This document shows positions 15,844-24,972 of a stretch of DNA of 64,000 nucleotides, in pieces (positions within the stretch are counted from its first letter, which is position 1; every line of letters starts with the position of its first letter). The translations under genes were made by a program, and so were the position numbers. The DNA lies in contig CALYAY010000002.1 of assembly GCA_944393695.1 (NCBI GenBank), forward strand, positions 112,892 to 176,891. Direction: 5' to 3'. Origin of the DNA: an uncultured Alphaproteobacteria bacterium (GTDB taxonomy: Bacteria > Pseudomonadota > Alphaproteobacteria > RF32 > CAG-239). The notes beneath the pieces were generated by a model. That model was given only the letters and a program-made list of their open reading frames with translations. It did not search any database and was not told the DNA's origin.

Positions 15844-15875
15844 AACCGCTTTTTCACAAGCGGTTTTTTTATTTT
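15844..15875 (+). terminator. Intrinsic terminator
   Basis: aaccgctt ttttcac aagcggtt followed by tttttttatttt. Confidence 0.5.
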
Positions 15876-16002
15876 CATACAAACTTTCCACCACAACGCC
15901 GCATTTTTTGACGATTTTGTCTAAAACGAGCTTTACACCACATTTATTCTATGATATACAAAAAGCACAGTTAACAATATTAATTAATTAAATTTATCTA
16001 TT

Positions 16003-16281
16003 ATGAAACTTAACATTCAAGGCTTAGACAAAGCTGAAGTTTTTAAAGCTCTCTACGACAACGCCTCCCCGCAAGGCTTAGGCATCCTCCATTTTATTCC
16101 AGGAAATCTAGGCATAGAAGAAGCCCGTAAGGCTGTGAAAGAACAAACCCGTTTTGACTACTACCGCGGACGGGTAATGAAAGTTGACATCAGCGGGGAT
16201 GAGCTTGAAACTTGGCTCTATGACCGCGATAACGGCGAAGGTGCTGCAGAACGTGCGCTCAGCTCTCTACGAGCAAAATAA
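16003..16281 (+). CDS. Hypothetical protein (92 aa)
   Basis: ORF MKLNIQGLDKAEVFKALYDNASPQGLGILHFIPGNLGIEEARKAVKEQ... A hairpin plus T-run follows at about 16300-16340. Confidence 0.4.
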   Translation: MKLNIQGLDKAEVFKALYDNASPQGLGILHFIPGNLGIEEARKAVKEQTRFDYYRGRVMKVDISGDELETWLYDRDNGEGAAERALSSLRAK

Positions 16282-16355
16282 AAGAGTTTATAAAAAAATT
16301 ACACCCCAAGACAACCAACGTCTCAGGGTGTTTTTTTTGCCAATACATCAGCTTG

Positions 16356-16571
16356 CTAATCCAACAACTTCATTTCATTTAAGATGAATGCCGCAACAGC
16401 GCAAAGCAAACACCAAACCAATATCAATCCGCCGGTACTATTATGCGCGATTTCATTTCCATAATGGTCATACGACACACCATATTTTTTATCCAAACGG
16501 TTATCAATAACCAGCCCGACTATAGCCACAACGACCAAGCCGACACCTGCAATACAAAAAAAAGCAAACAT
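16356..16571 (-). CDS. Hypothetical small membrane protein (71 aa, 2 TM helices)
   Basis: MFAFFCIAGVGLVVVAIVGLVIDNRLDKKYGVSYDHYGNEIAHNSTGGLILVWCLLCAVAAFILNEMKLLD. It converges on the preceding gene. Confidence 0.35.
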   Translation of the reverse strand: MFAFFCIAGVGLVVVAIVGLVIDNRLDKKYGVSYDHYGNEIAHNSTGGLILVWCLLCAVAAFILNEMKLLD

Positions 16572-16682
16572 AACGTAAAATTTTTAAATAATATTCATAT
16601 TTTTAATTAAAGTACGCCAAAGATAAAACCAACCACAATTTTTGTCAATAAAAAAACCGCCCTTCCAGACAGTTCTTTTTAT

Positions 16683-16711
16683 TGGTAGGGGATATAGGAT
16701 AATATACAGAC
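16683..16711. repeat. 29-nt cassette-junction repeat, copy 2 (tggtaggggatataggataatatacagac)
   Basis: Matches 14836..14864. Like copy 1, it lies upstream of a plus-strand ORF. Confidence 0.5.
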
Positions 16712-16888
16712 TATTTTTATTACGATACTCGCCCCTAAAACAAGAAATTTCAATAAAATGAAACTATACCTAACATTCAAATATCTTAACAAATATTTTT
16801 GATTATACTTAATTTTTGACTTCCACTAAAAATATGTTACATTAAATCTACTATTTGGGATTTAGTATTTTATCTCAAGGAAGAATGA

Positions 16889-17410
16889 ATGAAAAATTTT
16901 TTAGAAAAACTAAATACAAAACATGTTCTTTTGATTTCAGTATACATACTTTCCATATTTCTATATGTTTACATTTTTGGAACAGAAGCAACATTTTTTA
17001 GTATATTCATCAACCCTTTTTTCTTTTTCGGAATTCCCTACTTAATTTTAAATCATTTACGCTATAAAGAGCTAAAAAGGACATATAAAAGCTATCCCAT
17101 AAATTTATTTATTGAAGTATATAAAAAGGCACCAGATTTTTCTTATGGAAAAGAAGTTATCTACTCTCACAATTTTCTTGAAACAACTTTCTATGACCAA
17201 GAAACCATAAATCAATTAAAACCTCTAGCTAAAAATATGCTATCAATCTACAATGAATCTTTTTTTTCTGATGAAGAATTAGCTGAGGCTCAAAACTCAT
17301 TAGAAAACTTTATTACGCAAAAATATCTTAATAAATTTAAATCATTAGACTTTATTTCTGCAACAATTTTAGCCATATATTTTCAATTAATATTCTGGCA
17401 AATCGTATAA
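16889..17410 (+). CDS. Hypothetical membrane protein (173 aa)
   Basis: MKNFLEKLNTKHVLLISVYILSIFLYVYIFG... Very AT-rich codon usage. No family recognised. Confidence 0.4.
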   Translation: MKNFLEKLNTKHVLLISVYILSIFLYVYIFGTEATFFSIFINPFFFFGIPYLILNHLRYKELKRTYKSYPINLFIEVYKKAPDFSYGKEVIYSHNFLETTFYDQETINQLKPLAKNMLSIYNESFFSDEELAEAQNSLENFITQKYLNKFKSLDFISATILAIYFQLIFWQIV

Positions 17411-17599
17411 ATAAATTTATTTATAATCTATACTGAATAAAACTTATATTCTAAATTCTTAGCTAATTTAATAAAAATAAAAAAACTAATAAACCGTCCT
17501 AACTTTGGCTAGTTTATAATCACATTAACTACTTGTAAATCAAAGAATTTTGTTTTGTATAATTGTGTAACAAACGGATATCGACCTCAATGGATACAC

Positions 17600-17676
17600 G
17601 CACACAGGCTCAATTAACTTATTGATTTATTATAAAAAAAGACGCTTTTCAGCGTCTTCATCTTGAGTGGCAGGGG
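17600..17676 (-). repeat. Direct repeat copy A (native tRNA-Trp 3' end plus its terminator and flank)
   Basis: Counterpart of 14770..14844. It includes the terminator hairpin gacgcttttcagcgtc plus an A7 run, which reads as U7 on the tRNA strand. Confidence 0.6.
17634..17667 (-). terminator. Intrinsic terminator of tRNA-Trp
   Basis: The minus strand reads ctcaagatgaag gacgctgaaaagcgtc ttttttt immediately after the tRNA 3' CCA. Confidence 0.6.
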
Positions 17677-17743
17677 CAGAAGGATTCGAACCCTCGACAC
17701 TCGGTTTTGGAGACCGATGCTCTACCAACTGAGCTATACCCCT
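17668..17743 (-). tRNA. trnW: tRNA-Trp (anticodon CCA)
   Basis: The minus strand reads AGGGGTATAGCTCAGTTGGTAGAGCATCGGTCTCCAAAACCGAGTGTCGAGGGTTCGAATCCTTCTGCCCCTGCCA. It is 76 nt with a cloverleaf, anticodon loop CTCCAAA, T-loop GGTTCGAATCC and an encoded CCA. Confidence 0.9.
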
Positions 17744-17897
17744 ATCAAACTTCGTATAAAGTGATACACAACTATCACCAATAAATCAAGATTTTTTTTC
17801 ATTAATACAAAAAATAATAACAGGCAGCGCCCCCGCACCACAAAGATACAAGAGACGCCGCCTTTTTCCTTAATTCAGGACAAGCATTATGCCAGTC

Positions 17898-20321
17898 TTA
17901 CTCTTTGGTCTGAATCCGCATGGCATAGAACGAACGCCAAACGAAAATCAAAGCCAAAGCCATAAAGACGGCTCCCAGCGTCAGCGAAACGCAACGCGGC
18001 GCCGACACGGCAATTTCCACCGCCAGCAACCCGAACAAAGTCGTAAACTTAATAATCGGGTTAAGCGCCACGGAAGAAGTATCCTTATACGGATCACCCA
18101 CAGTATCGCCGACCACGGCCGCCGCATGCAGATCCGTTCCTTTTTCGCCCAGATCAACTTCGACAACCTTTTTGGCATTATCCCATGCCCCACCGGCATT
18201 CGCCATATACAGCGCCTGGAACAAACCGAAAACGGCAATTGAAATCAGATAACTGGCAAACAAATTCGGATCAAAGCAGGCAAACGCCAGTGTAAACGAG
18301 AAAATGGCCACAAAGATGTTCAGCATGCCTTTCTGGGCATATACCGTACAAATACGCACCACTTCCTTGCTGTCCTCCACCGAAGCCGCTTTTTTGGTAT
18401 TCAGCTTGATGTGTTTTTTAATAAAATCGACCGCACGGTAAGCACCGGTTGAAACCGCCTGCATCGAAGCACCGGAGAACCAGTAGATAACCGCACCGCC
18501 CAGAATAATGCCGAACAGCACTTCCGGATCAAGCAACGACAACTTCAGGTTCAACAGCAGGATAATCGAAAAGATCATCGTTGCCGCACCGATAACCGCC
18601 GTACCGATAAGCACCGGCTTGGCCGTTGCCTTAAAGGTATTTCCGGCACCGTCATTGGCTTCCAGAAAATGTTTGCCGCTTTCAAAATCAGGCTTAAAGC
18701 CGAAATCTTTTTCAATTTCTTTGTTAATACCCCGCATATTTTCAATCTGCGACAATTCAAACACCGACTGGGCGTTATCCGCCACCGGCCCGTAACTGTC
18801 AACGGCAATATTAACCGGCCCCATGCCCAACATACCGAAGGCCACCAGGCCAAAAGCAAAAATACTGGGATAGACCATATAGGCATCCAGACCCGAACGC
18901 GATGTGGCATAAGCCACCGCCATCAGGGCCACCATAACGACACCCTGCCAGAAAGCCGAGAAGTTTCCGGAAACAATACCCGAAATAATATTCAGCGAAG
19001 CCCCGGCCTCACGACTGGAGGAAACAATTTCCTGAACATGCTTTGACTTCGGCGAGGTAAAGATTTTGGTAAATTCCGGAATCAACGCCGCAGCCAAAGT
19101 ACCACAGGAAATAATAACCGAAAGCTTCCACCACAAATCCGGCCCCATATCGCCGATCATCACATACGAAACACCGAAGGTAACCAAAATCGAAATAATC
19201 GAAGTCAGCCAGATAAGGTGTGTCAACGGCTTTTCAAAATCAAAAGTTTTCTTGTTGCCGTAAAGGAGTTTGGAAAACCAGCCGTTAAGCGCATAAGAAA
19301 GCATGGAAGTAATAATCATCAGCACGCGCATGGCAAAAATCCACACAATCAAACGTGCCTGAATATCAATTCCGCCGCTCATCAAAGCCAGCTCGCCGTT
19401 TTGATTATACATCATTCCGGCACCCAGAACAATAAAGCTGATAAGCGCCACACCCGTCACGCCATAGGTTTCAAAACCATCGGCAGTCGGCCCCACGGAG
19501 TCACCGGCATTATCACCGGTACAATCGGCAATCACACCCGGATTGCGGGCATCGTCTTCATCAATTTTAAAAATAATCTTCATCAAATCGGCACCGATAT
19601 CGGCAATCTTGGTAAAGATACCGCCGCAAATACGCAGCGCCGCGGCACCCAGCGATTCTCCGATGGCAAATCCCACAAAGCAGGCACCGGCACTTTCCTT
19701 AGGAACATACAGCAGAATGATAATCATCATGATGAGTTCAACACAGATTAACAAAACGCCAATTGACATTCCCGAACGCAGCGGCAGGCTCATAACCGGA
19801 TAAGCCTTACCCTGCAGCGACAAAAAGGCCGTGCGGGAATTGGCATAAGTGTTAATTCTCATACCGAACCAGGCCACCGTATAAGACCCCAGAATACCCA
19901 AAACCGACCACATCAGAATTGTCAGCACTTTAGGCATCGGCGTATTGTTCAGATAATAGAAATAATAAAAAATACAGGCCGCAATAAACAATTCCAAAAC
20001 CAGCAGCAGTTTCGACTGTTGCTTCATATAAGTTTTGCAGGTTTCATAAATGGTATTGGACACATTAAGCATTGCCTTATGAGCCGGAATTCTTTTAATC
20101 TTAAAAAATTCATACAGCCCGAAAAGCATCCCCAAGATACAAATTCCGATACCATAAGCCAAAATCTGACTTCCGGTCACAGCATAACCGAAAATATTAT
20201 ACCCGACATCCAGGCTCGGAACATTAAGATCAATTTCTGAAGCATGAGCTTTAGAAAGACCGGCTGCCAAAACCATAACCATGGCCGCGGCAAAAGAACC
20301 GATTCTTTTTAGTGCAGACAT
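17898..20321 (-). CDS. hppA: Membrane-bound proton/sodium-translocating pyrophosphatase
   Basis: 807 aa and polytopic. It carries the signature motifs GDNAGD, DNAGG... and ...VGDTVGDPYKDTSSVALNPIIK. Confidence 0.9.
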   Translation of the reverse strand: MSALKRIGSFAAAMVMVLAAGLSKAHASEIDLNVPSLDVGYNIFGYAVTGSQILAYGIGICILGMLFGLYEFFKIKRIPAHKAMLNVSNTIYETCKTYMKQQSKLLLVLELFIAACIFYYFYYLNNTPMPKVLTILMWSVLGILGSYTVAWFGMRINTYANSRTAFLSLQGKAYPVMSLPLRSGMSIGVLLICVELIMMIIILLYVPKESAGACFVGFAIGESLGAAALRICGGIFTKIADIGADLMKIIFKIDEDDARNPGVIADCTGDNAGDSVGPTADGFETYGVTGVALISFIVLGAGMMYNQNGELALMSGGIDIQARLIVWIFAMRVLMIITSMLSYALNGWFSKLLYGNKKTFDFEKPLTHLIWLTSIISILVTFGVSYVMIGDMGPDLWWKLSVIISCGTLAAALIPEFTKIFTSPKSKHVQEIVSSSREAGASLNIISGIVSGNFSAFWQGVVMVALMAVAYATSRSGLDAYMVYPSIFAFGLVAFGMLGMGPVNIAVDSYGPVADNAQSVFELSQIENMRGINKEIEKDFGFKPDFESGKHFLEANDGAGNTFKATAKPVLIGTAVIGAATMIFSIILLLNLKLSLLDPEVLFGIILGGAVIYWFSGASMQAVSTGAYRAVDFIKKHIKLNTKKAASVEDSKEVVRICTVYAQKGMLNIFVAIFSFTLAFACFDPNLFASYLISIAVFGLFQALYMANAGGAWDNAKKVVEVDLGEKGTDLHAAAVVGDTVGDPYKDTSSVALNPIIKFTTLFGLLAVEIAVSAPRCVSLTLGAVFMALALIFVWRSFYAMRIQTKE

Positions 20322-20557
20322 CTTACTTTCCTTTTATTGGTTAAAACAAAATTTCAATAAAACAAAATCACGCCCTTTGGGTGATTCTTTTTTATATGCG
20401 CTCATGATAGATTCCTGAGTCTAAATTTTGTGTTAACGCTTTAAAATGATTCAATAAATCGACCTTCGTCCATATAAAAAAATATTGCAAAGACCTCTTG
20501 ACAAAATTTGTCCATCATGCTATTTTGCCCCACGAACTGTTATAATTATAATATATT

Positions 20558-21160
20558 ATGAAAACAATAATAGAAGACATCTGTGATATTATCTCAACGA
20601 TAATGCCGGATGAGGAAGAAATCAAAATCTACAAACAGCGTTGCGACAACATATTCTTTGCGGATATGCTGCTGGATATTCTGGTCTCAAACCTGATATT
20701 CAAGCTGTTTGTTGTACGAAATGCCTCAACTGACGAAGAATATAATGCACCTTCCTCAGTTGCGTTTTTGACCAAACTCAAACAAGTTTTCAATAACGAG
20801 GAACTCAACAAAGAATGGCTGACTTTTTCCAGACTTCATATTGAGTATGTCCTGACTTGGGAAGATCTGAATCCCAGCGTAAGAAAATTCTTGGAATTTG
20901 AGTTTGAGTATGAACACAAAGACATTTTTTCCGAAACCGAAATATGGGAACAGGGAGACAACGAAGAACTCATCTTTGATTATCTCACCCACCTGACCGA
21001 AAAACCGGAAAGGCTCAAAACCGAAGAACAATCCCTCCGCATCCTGTTGGAAGGCATTGTAATTCTCCATCCCCATATTTTGGTAGAAGAAAGATTTCAG
21101 GAACTGATTGGTGATAATATGAAAGAGCTCCAATCCGTTCTTGCTCTGGAAAACTTTTAG
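20558..21160 (+). CDS. Hypothetical acidic protein (200 aa)
   Basis: Clean ORF MKTIIEDICDIISTIMPDEEEIKIYKQRCDN... No family recognised. Confidence 0.45.
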   Translation: MKTIIEDICDIISTIMPDEEEIKIYKQRCDNIFFADMLLDILVSNLIFKLFVVRNASTDEEYNAPSSVAFLTKLKQVFNNEELNKEWLTFSRLHIEYVLTWEDLNPSVRKFLEFEFEYEHKDIFSETEIWEQGDNEELIFDYLTHLTEKPERLKTEEQSLRILLEGIVILHPHILVEERFQELIGDNMKELQSVLALENF

Positions 21161-21173
21161 AAAAAGGCCCGGG

Positions 21174-21875
21174 TCAACCCTCGGCCTTTTCTTTTTTACA
21201 TTTTTCAAATTGCTCTGTCCGGCTCAAAAACAAAGCCGCTTCATCCGCCCGGGCACAAATCCGCTCATAAGCCGGCCGATTCCCTTGCCGACGGTAAATA
21301 TCCTCCAACACATCACATATTCCCAAAATATCACGATACTTATCCTCCGCACCGACAGCCTCATCCGGCACATACTCCAAAGCCTTTTCCAACAGATAAA
21401 CCTTAAAATCTTCATCTTTTGCCTTAACCGCCAAATTACGATAAGCCCGGCTTTTTACCTGATTGTCAAAATAGCTGCCAGCCTCTTCCCGATAATGAAA
21501 AAAAGCTGGCTCTCTGCTGCCCAAATCATAAAGCGCTTTGATTTTTTCCGCCAACACGGCTTTTTCTTTTTTATCCGTCCCTGCCAGCATGGCTTTTTGA
21601 TAAAATTCTGCGGCCCGGGTGTAATAAAGCGGATAAAAATCCTTTTCCGAAGAATTTTCGTTCTTTTCTTCATACATCTCAGCCAAAAACAAATAAGCCT
21701 GATACGGAAAACGGCTTTTACATCTTTTCTTCCCGGAAAAATCACTCATAAACACCGCCAGCTCTTGCATGGCATGACTTTTTCTCAACATCGGATAATG
21801 TTTGCCTGCAGTCAGACCGGACTTTGGAACCAAATGCTGCTTTCTTTCCATAACAACAACTCCTCGTATTTTCAT
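21174..21875 (-). CDS. Hypothetical protein (233 aa; true start may be the internal MERKQHLV...)
   Basis: ORF convergent with the previous gene. Helical composition. No family recognised. Confidence 0.45.
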   Translation of the reverse strand: MKIRGVVVMERKQHLVPKSGLTAGKHYPMLRKSHAMQELAVFMSDFSGKKRCKSRFPYQAYLFLAEMYEEKNENSSEKDFYPLYYTRAAEFYQKAMLAGTDKKEKAVLAEKIKALYDLGSREPAFFHYREEAGSYFDNQVKSRAYRNLAVKAKDEDFKVYLLEKALEYVPDEAVGAEDKYRDILGICDVLEDIYRRQGNRPAYERICARADEAALFLSRTEQFEKCKKEKAEG

Positions 21876-21943
21876 ACGGGTAAAATAAATCTCACCAGCC
21901 CGGCAATCAATCCACCTACAACCAATTATTACTTAAATTTTAG

Positions 21944-22234
21944 TTATACTCTTTTAAACACGCCTTCTTCTATCGGCGGCAAAAAACCACTCCACCGGCC
22001 CACGACAAACTCCACTTTGTCCACCCGCGACAATGGCGGCCCCTTATGACACGCCAGCAACATTTTATCCAGCTTATCCTCCTCACCGGACATCATAATC
22101 TCCACACTGCCGTCTTCTACATTTCGCACCCAGCCGGAAATTCCGCCGATTTCCTGAGCATTTTTCACAGCCCACCAGCGAAATCCTATTCCCTGCACCC
22201 GGCCGCGGATTTTAATGTAAACTTCTTTAATCAT
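21944..22234 (-). CDS. acyP: Acylphosphatase
   Basis: From ATG at 22234: MIKEVYIKIRGRVQGIGFRWWAVKNAQEIGGISGWVRNVEDGSVEIMMSGEEDKLDKMLLACHKGPPLSRV, matching the acylphosphatase signature VxGxVQGVxFR...GWVxNxxDGSVE. Confidence 0.8.
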   Translation of the reverse strand: MIKEVYIKIRGRVQGIGFRWWAVKNAQEIGGISGWVRNVEDGSVEIMMSGEEDKLDKMLLACHKGPPLSRVDKVEFVVGRWSGFLPPIEEGVFKRV

Positions 22235-22246
22235 AATTGCCAAAAC

Positions 22247-22753
22247 TCATTTTTTGCCCGGTCGGACAAAACGGGAAATCTCTCTCAGTTCTTCTTTTAT
22301 TTTCTGCCGTTTATCCTCGGCTTCCGGCACTTTACCCCATTTTTCCGCCTGCCACAATTCCTCCAGAAAAGCGGCATCAAAAGCTTCATCCGCACTGATT
22401 TTTCCTTCGACTAAAGCCGCCCCCAGATTAACCGACCGCATATTAACCGCCGCCAGATACAAAGCCGTCAGCTTATCATCATCCAGCTGTTCCATAAAAT
22501 TTTTCAGCTTACCGGTTTCTTTTTCGTTTTTAGCCGGAGTTTCCAATCCCTCCGTTGTTTCAAAATCAGCCCCGAAACGTTTTCTGGCCCATTCCAGTAC
22601 CGGCAGCCATTTTTCTTTTTGCCGGGCCGACAGTTCCGGATTTGAACTCCAGAACAATAAAGTATCCGCCCGGGCAAACTGCAACAACCGGCTGATAATC
22701 TCGGTCCTGTTTTCCTTCACCTGCCGACAGGCTTGTTCCCAATATTCCCGCAC
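22247..22753 (-). CDS. ATP12-family chaperone-like protein (tentative)
   Basis: 168 aa. The segment ...LTALYLAAVNMRSVNLGAALVEGKISADEAFDAAFLEELWQAEKWG resembles the ATP12 family. This is a recollection-level match only. Confidence 0.4.
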   Translation of the reverse strand: MREYWEQACRQVKENRTEIISRLLQFARADTLLFWSSNPELSARQKEKWLPVLEWARKRFGADFETTEGLETPAKNEKETGKLKNFMEQLDDDKLTALYLAAVNMRSVNLGAALVEGKISADEAFDAAFLEELWQAEKWGKVPEAEDKRQKIKEELREISRFVRPGKK

Positions 22754-22760
22754 TCAAACC

Positions 22761-24968
22761 TCACTTTTTCTTCAAAGAATTCAGAAAATCTTTGGCGGCA
22801 TTTCCCAAATCCTTCACTGAATTTTTCAAATCTTTGCCGGTTGTCTTAACCGCATCGACGCTGCCTTTAACCACATCACCGGCTCCCTGATAAACATCCT
22901 GTGTTGCCTGATTAACCTTACTCGGAGCCGGAAAACGTTTTTCATACCCGGTTCCTTTCAGCGCCGTATAACAGGGAGAACTGTCCGTATCCAACAACAA
23001 TTGCGAGCCGAAATAAGCCGTTCCGCCGGTAGCTGCCACCCCGACCAATGCTTTAATCGCCTGAACGTCATCCAGCACGATTTTCGGATCATTCAACGTG
23101 CCTTTAATCTTAATAAACGAAGACAAAGCCTGCGCCAGATTCGCATCAATCACTTCGCCGGAATATGGCCGGAGCGAAAAATCAAGCGCATCATTTCTCA
23201 AATTCAATTTTCCGTCACTGACCAGATTCAGCTGCTTGGCATTCAGGGCAATTCCTTTCGGAAAGTTCAGCATTCCGCCCGAAACATCCGCCCGCACAAC
23301 TGCACATTTCACATCAATATCGGTCTTGGACGAAGTATCCAGCTTCAAAGTATGCAAAATCTGGGTAATAAAATTACCGCTCAGCATATCCAGCTTTCCG
23401 GGTTGCAAAACCGTCTCCCCGGCAATAATGATGATTCGTCCGTCCAGACTATCCCCGATTTGGCGATAAGTACTGCCGGCACCATTCAGACTAATATCCA
23501 AATCCAGCTTACCGCCGTCGGCAATACCGAACTTTCCGCCCTTTTGAGCCTGCAGTGGAGCATAAAGCTGGGTCAGGACAATATTACTGCCTTTGGCCGC
23601 CAGCTGCACTTTTTTGCTGTTGGCGTTAACCGTCGCATTCGCCGTCAGATCGCCGCCGCCAACTGTCAGACTCAGTGGTTTAACGCTCAGCACCCCGTTG
23701 GCCAGTGCCGCCGTCAGTTTCACATTCTCGACCTTAATCTCCGGATTAACCTGTAAATTTCCGATTTCCACAACCGCATCAGCATTAACCGTTTTTAACA
23801 AATCATATGGCACCGCCGTTGCCGGAATCAGCTCCGAAGCCTGAGCTTCACCGATAAACGAAGGCATATTCCAAGCCGTATTCTGCGTCGTCCGGGCAAT
23901 TGTCTGAAGATTAATCAAACCGCTGTTCAAAACTGCATTAACATAAGGAACACTCTCCGAAATATCGGCACTGACCTTACCGGTAATCACATTACCGTTC
24001 ACATCCAGCTTAAGAATATCGGCATTAACTGCTTTCAGATTTCCGCTCACCGCCGAATTCAGTTCAATCGCCGGCGCCCCCATATTTCCCAGCGGATTGC
24101 GGACATCTGCCGTTGCCGTAAAGGATATATCCCCGCTCTTAATTCCACTCACCGTTCCGTTCAACGCAATATCCGCGCCAAAAGCCTGAACATCGGCTTT
24201 CACCGGATAAGGCTCAGTCTCGGCCATTAACGTTGCCAGCCCGCCGAACTCGCCTTCGCCCTTAATTTCCTGTCCGTTATACACCACGTCAAATTCCAGA
24301 TTAATGGCACTGTTCATGTCCGGCGCCGACATCTCCAGACTTTTAATCTCCGCATTAATATTCTGTCCGGTCTGCTGATTAATCATGCTGAACACACCGT
24401 TCTCAATGGACACATGTCTGGCGGCAAAACCGGCCAAAGCCATAACCTGCGGATTTTCCTTAACCATCTCGGCTGCCGCATCGGCTGTTTTCATATCAAT
24501 CAAACCGCTGGCAATTGCCTGATCCTTCAGCAAATCGACTTGCTGGGGATTAAGGTCAACTTTTTTCCCTCCTTTTGAAAAATCCCAGTTTTTTTGCCCG
24601 TCGGCGCTCACTTCCAGATAAACCGCCGGAGCCACAATCGTCACATTGTCGATCTCCACCTGGCGTTTTAACAGCGGCAACAATGAAAGCTTCACTTCCA
24701 GACGGCCGACGGAAACCATATCTTCCGTTGAAGCCCAGTCGGCATTGGCCAGAGTAACATCATTCAAAATCAAGGTCGGCACAAACGACAACCCGAGTTC
24801 GGCTTCACCGTTAATCGCCAGCTGGCGTCCCAGCTGTTTCTGGGTCATTTCCGCAATCATCGGCTTATATTTGTTAAGATCGAAATTGCGGATAAACAAA
24901 TACATTGATACCGCAATAACGATAACCAGCCCGATAAGAACTTTAAACAAGACTTTAAAGAAACTCAT
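22761..24968 (-). CDS. AsmA-family outer-membrane biogenesis protein
   Basis: From the internal ATG: MSFFKVLFKVLIGLVIVIAVSMYLFIRNFDLNKYKPMIAEMTQKQLGRQLAINGEAELGLSFVPTLILNDVTLAN... An N-terminal TM anchor followed by a long beta-rich repetitive body typical of AsmA-like proteins. Confidence 0.7.
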   Translation of the reverse strand: MSFFKVLFKVLIGLVIVIAVSMYLFIRNFDLNKYKPMIAEMTQKQLGRQLAINGEAELGLSFVPTLILNDVTLANADWASTEDMVSVGRLEVKLSLLPLLKRQVEIDNVTIVAPAVYLEVSADGQKNWDFSKGGKKVDLNPQQVDLLKDQAIASGLIDMKTADAAAEMVKENPQVMALAGFAARHVSIENGVFSMINQQTGQNINAEIKSLEMSAPDMNSAINLEFDVVYNGQEIKGEGEFGGLATLMAETEPYPVKADVQAFGADIALNGTVSGIKSGDISFTATADVRNPLGNMGAPAIELNSAVSGNLKAVNADILKLDVNGNVITGKVSADISESVPYVNAVLNSGLINLQTIARTTQNTAWNMPSFIGEAQASELIPATAVPYDLLKTVNADAVVEIGNLQVNPEIKVENVKLTAALANGVLSVKPLSLTVGGGDLTANATVNANSKKVQLAAKGSNIVLTQLYAPLQAQKGGKFGIADGGKLDLDISLNGAGSTYRQIGDSLDGRIIIIAGETVLQPGKLDMLSGNFITQILHTLKLDTSSKTDIDVKCAVVRADVSGGMLNFPKGIALNAKQLNLVSDGKLNLRNDALDFSLRPYSGEVIDANLAQALSSFIKIKGTLNDPKIVLDDVQAIKALVGVAATGGTAYFGSQLLLDTDSSPCYTALKGTGYEKRFPAPSKVNQATQDVYQGAGDVVKGSVDAVKTTGKDLKNSVKDLGNAAKDFLNSLKKK

Positions 24969-24972
24969 TTTG

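Larger units (their letters stand above)
12940..17667 (-). mobile_element. AT-rich genomic island inserted between tRNA-Trp and secE, bounded by direct repeats of the tRNA-Trp 3' end plus terminator; integrase-less remnant
   Basis: GC drops sharply. tRNA-Trp normally abuts secE. A ~75-bp direct repeat sits at 14770..14844 and 17600..17676, each including the tRNA 3' fragment tggcagggg. Contents are small orphan ORFs only. Confidence 0.45.
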
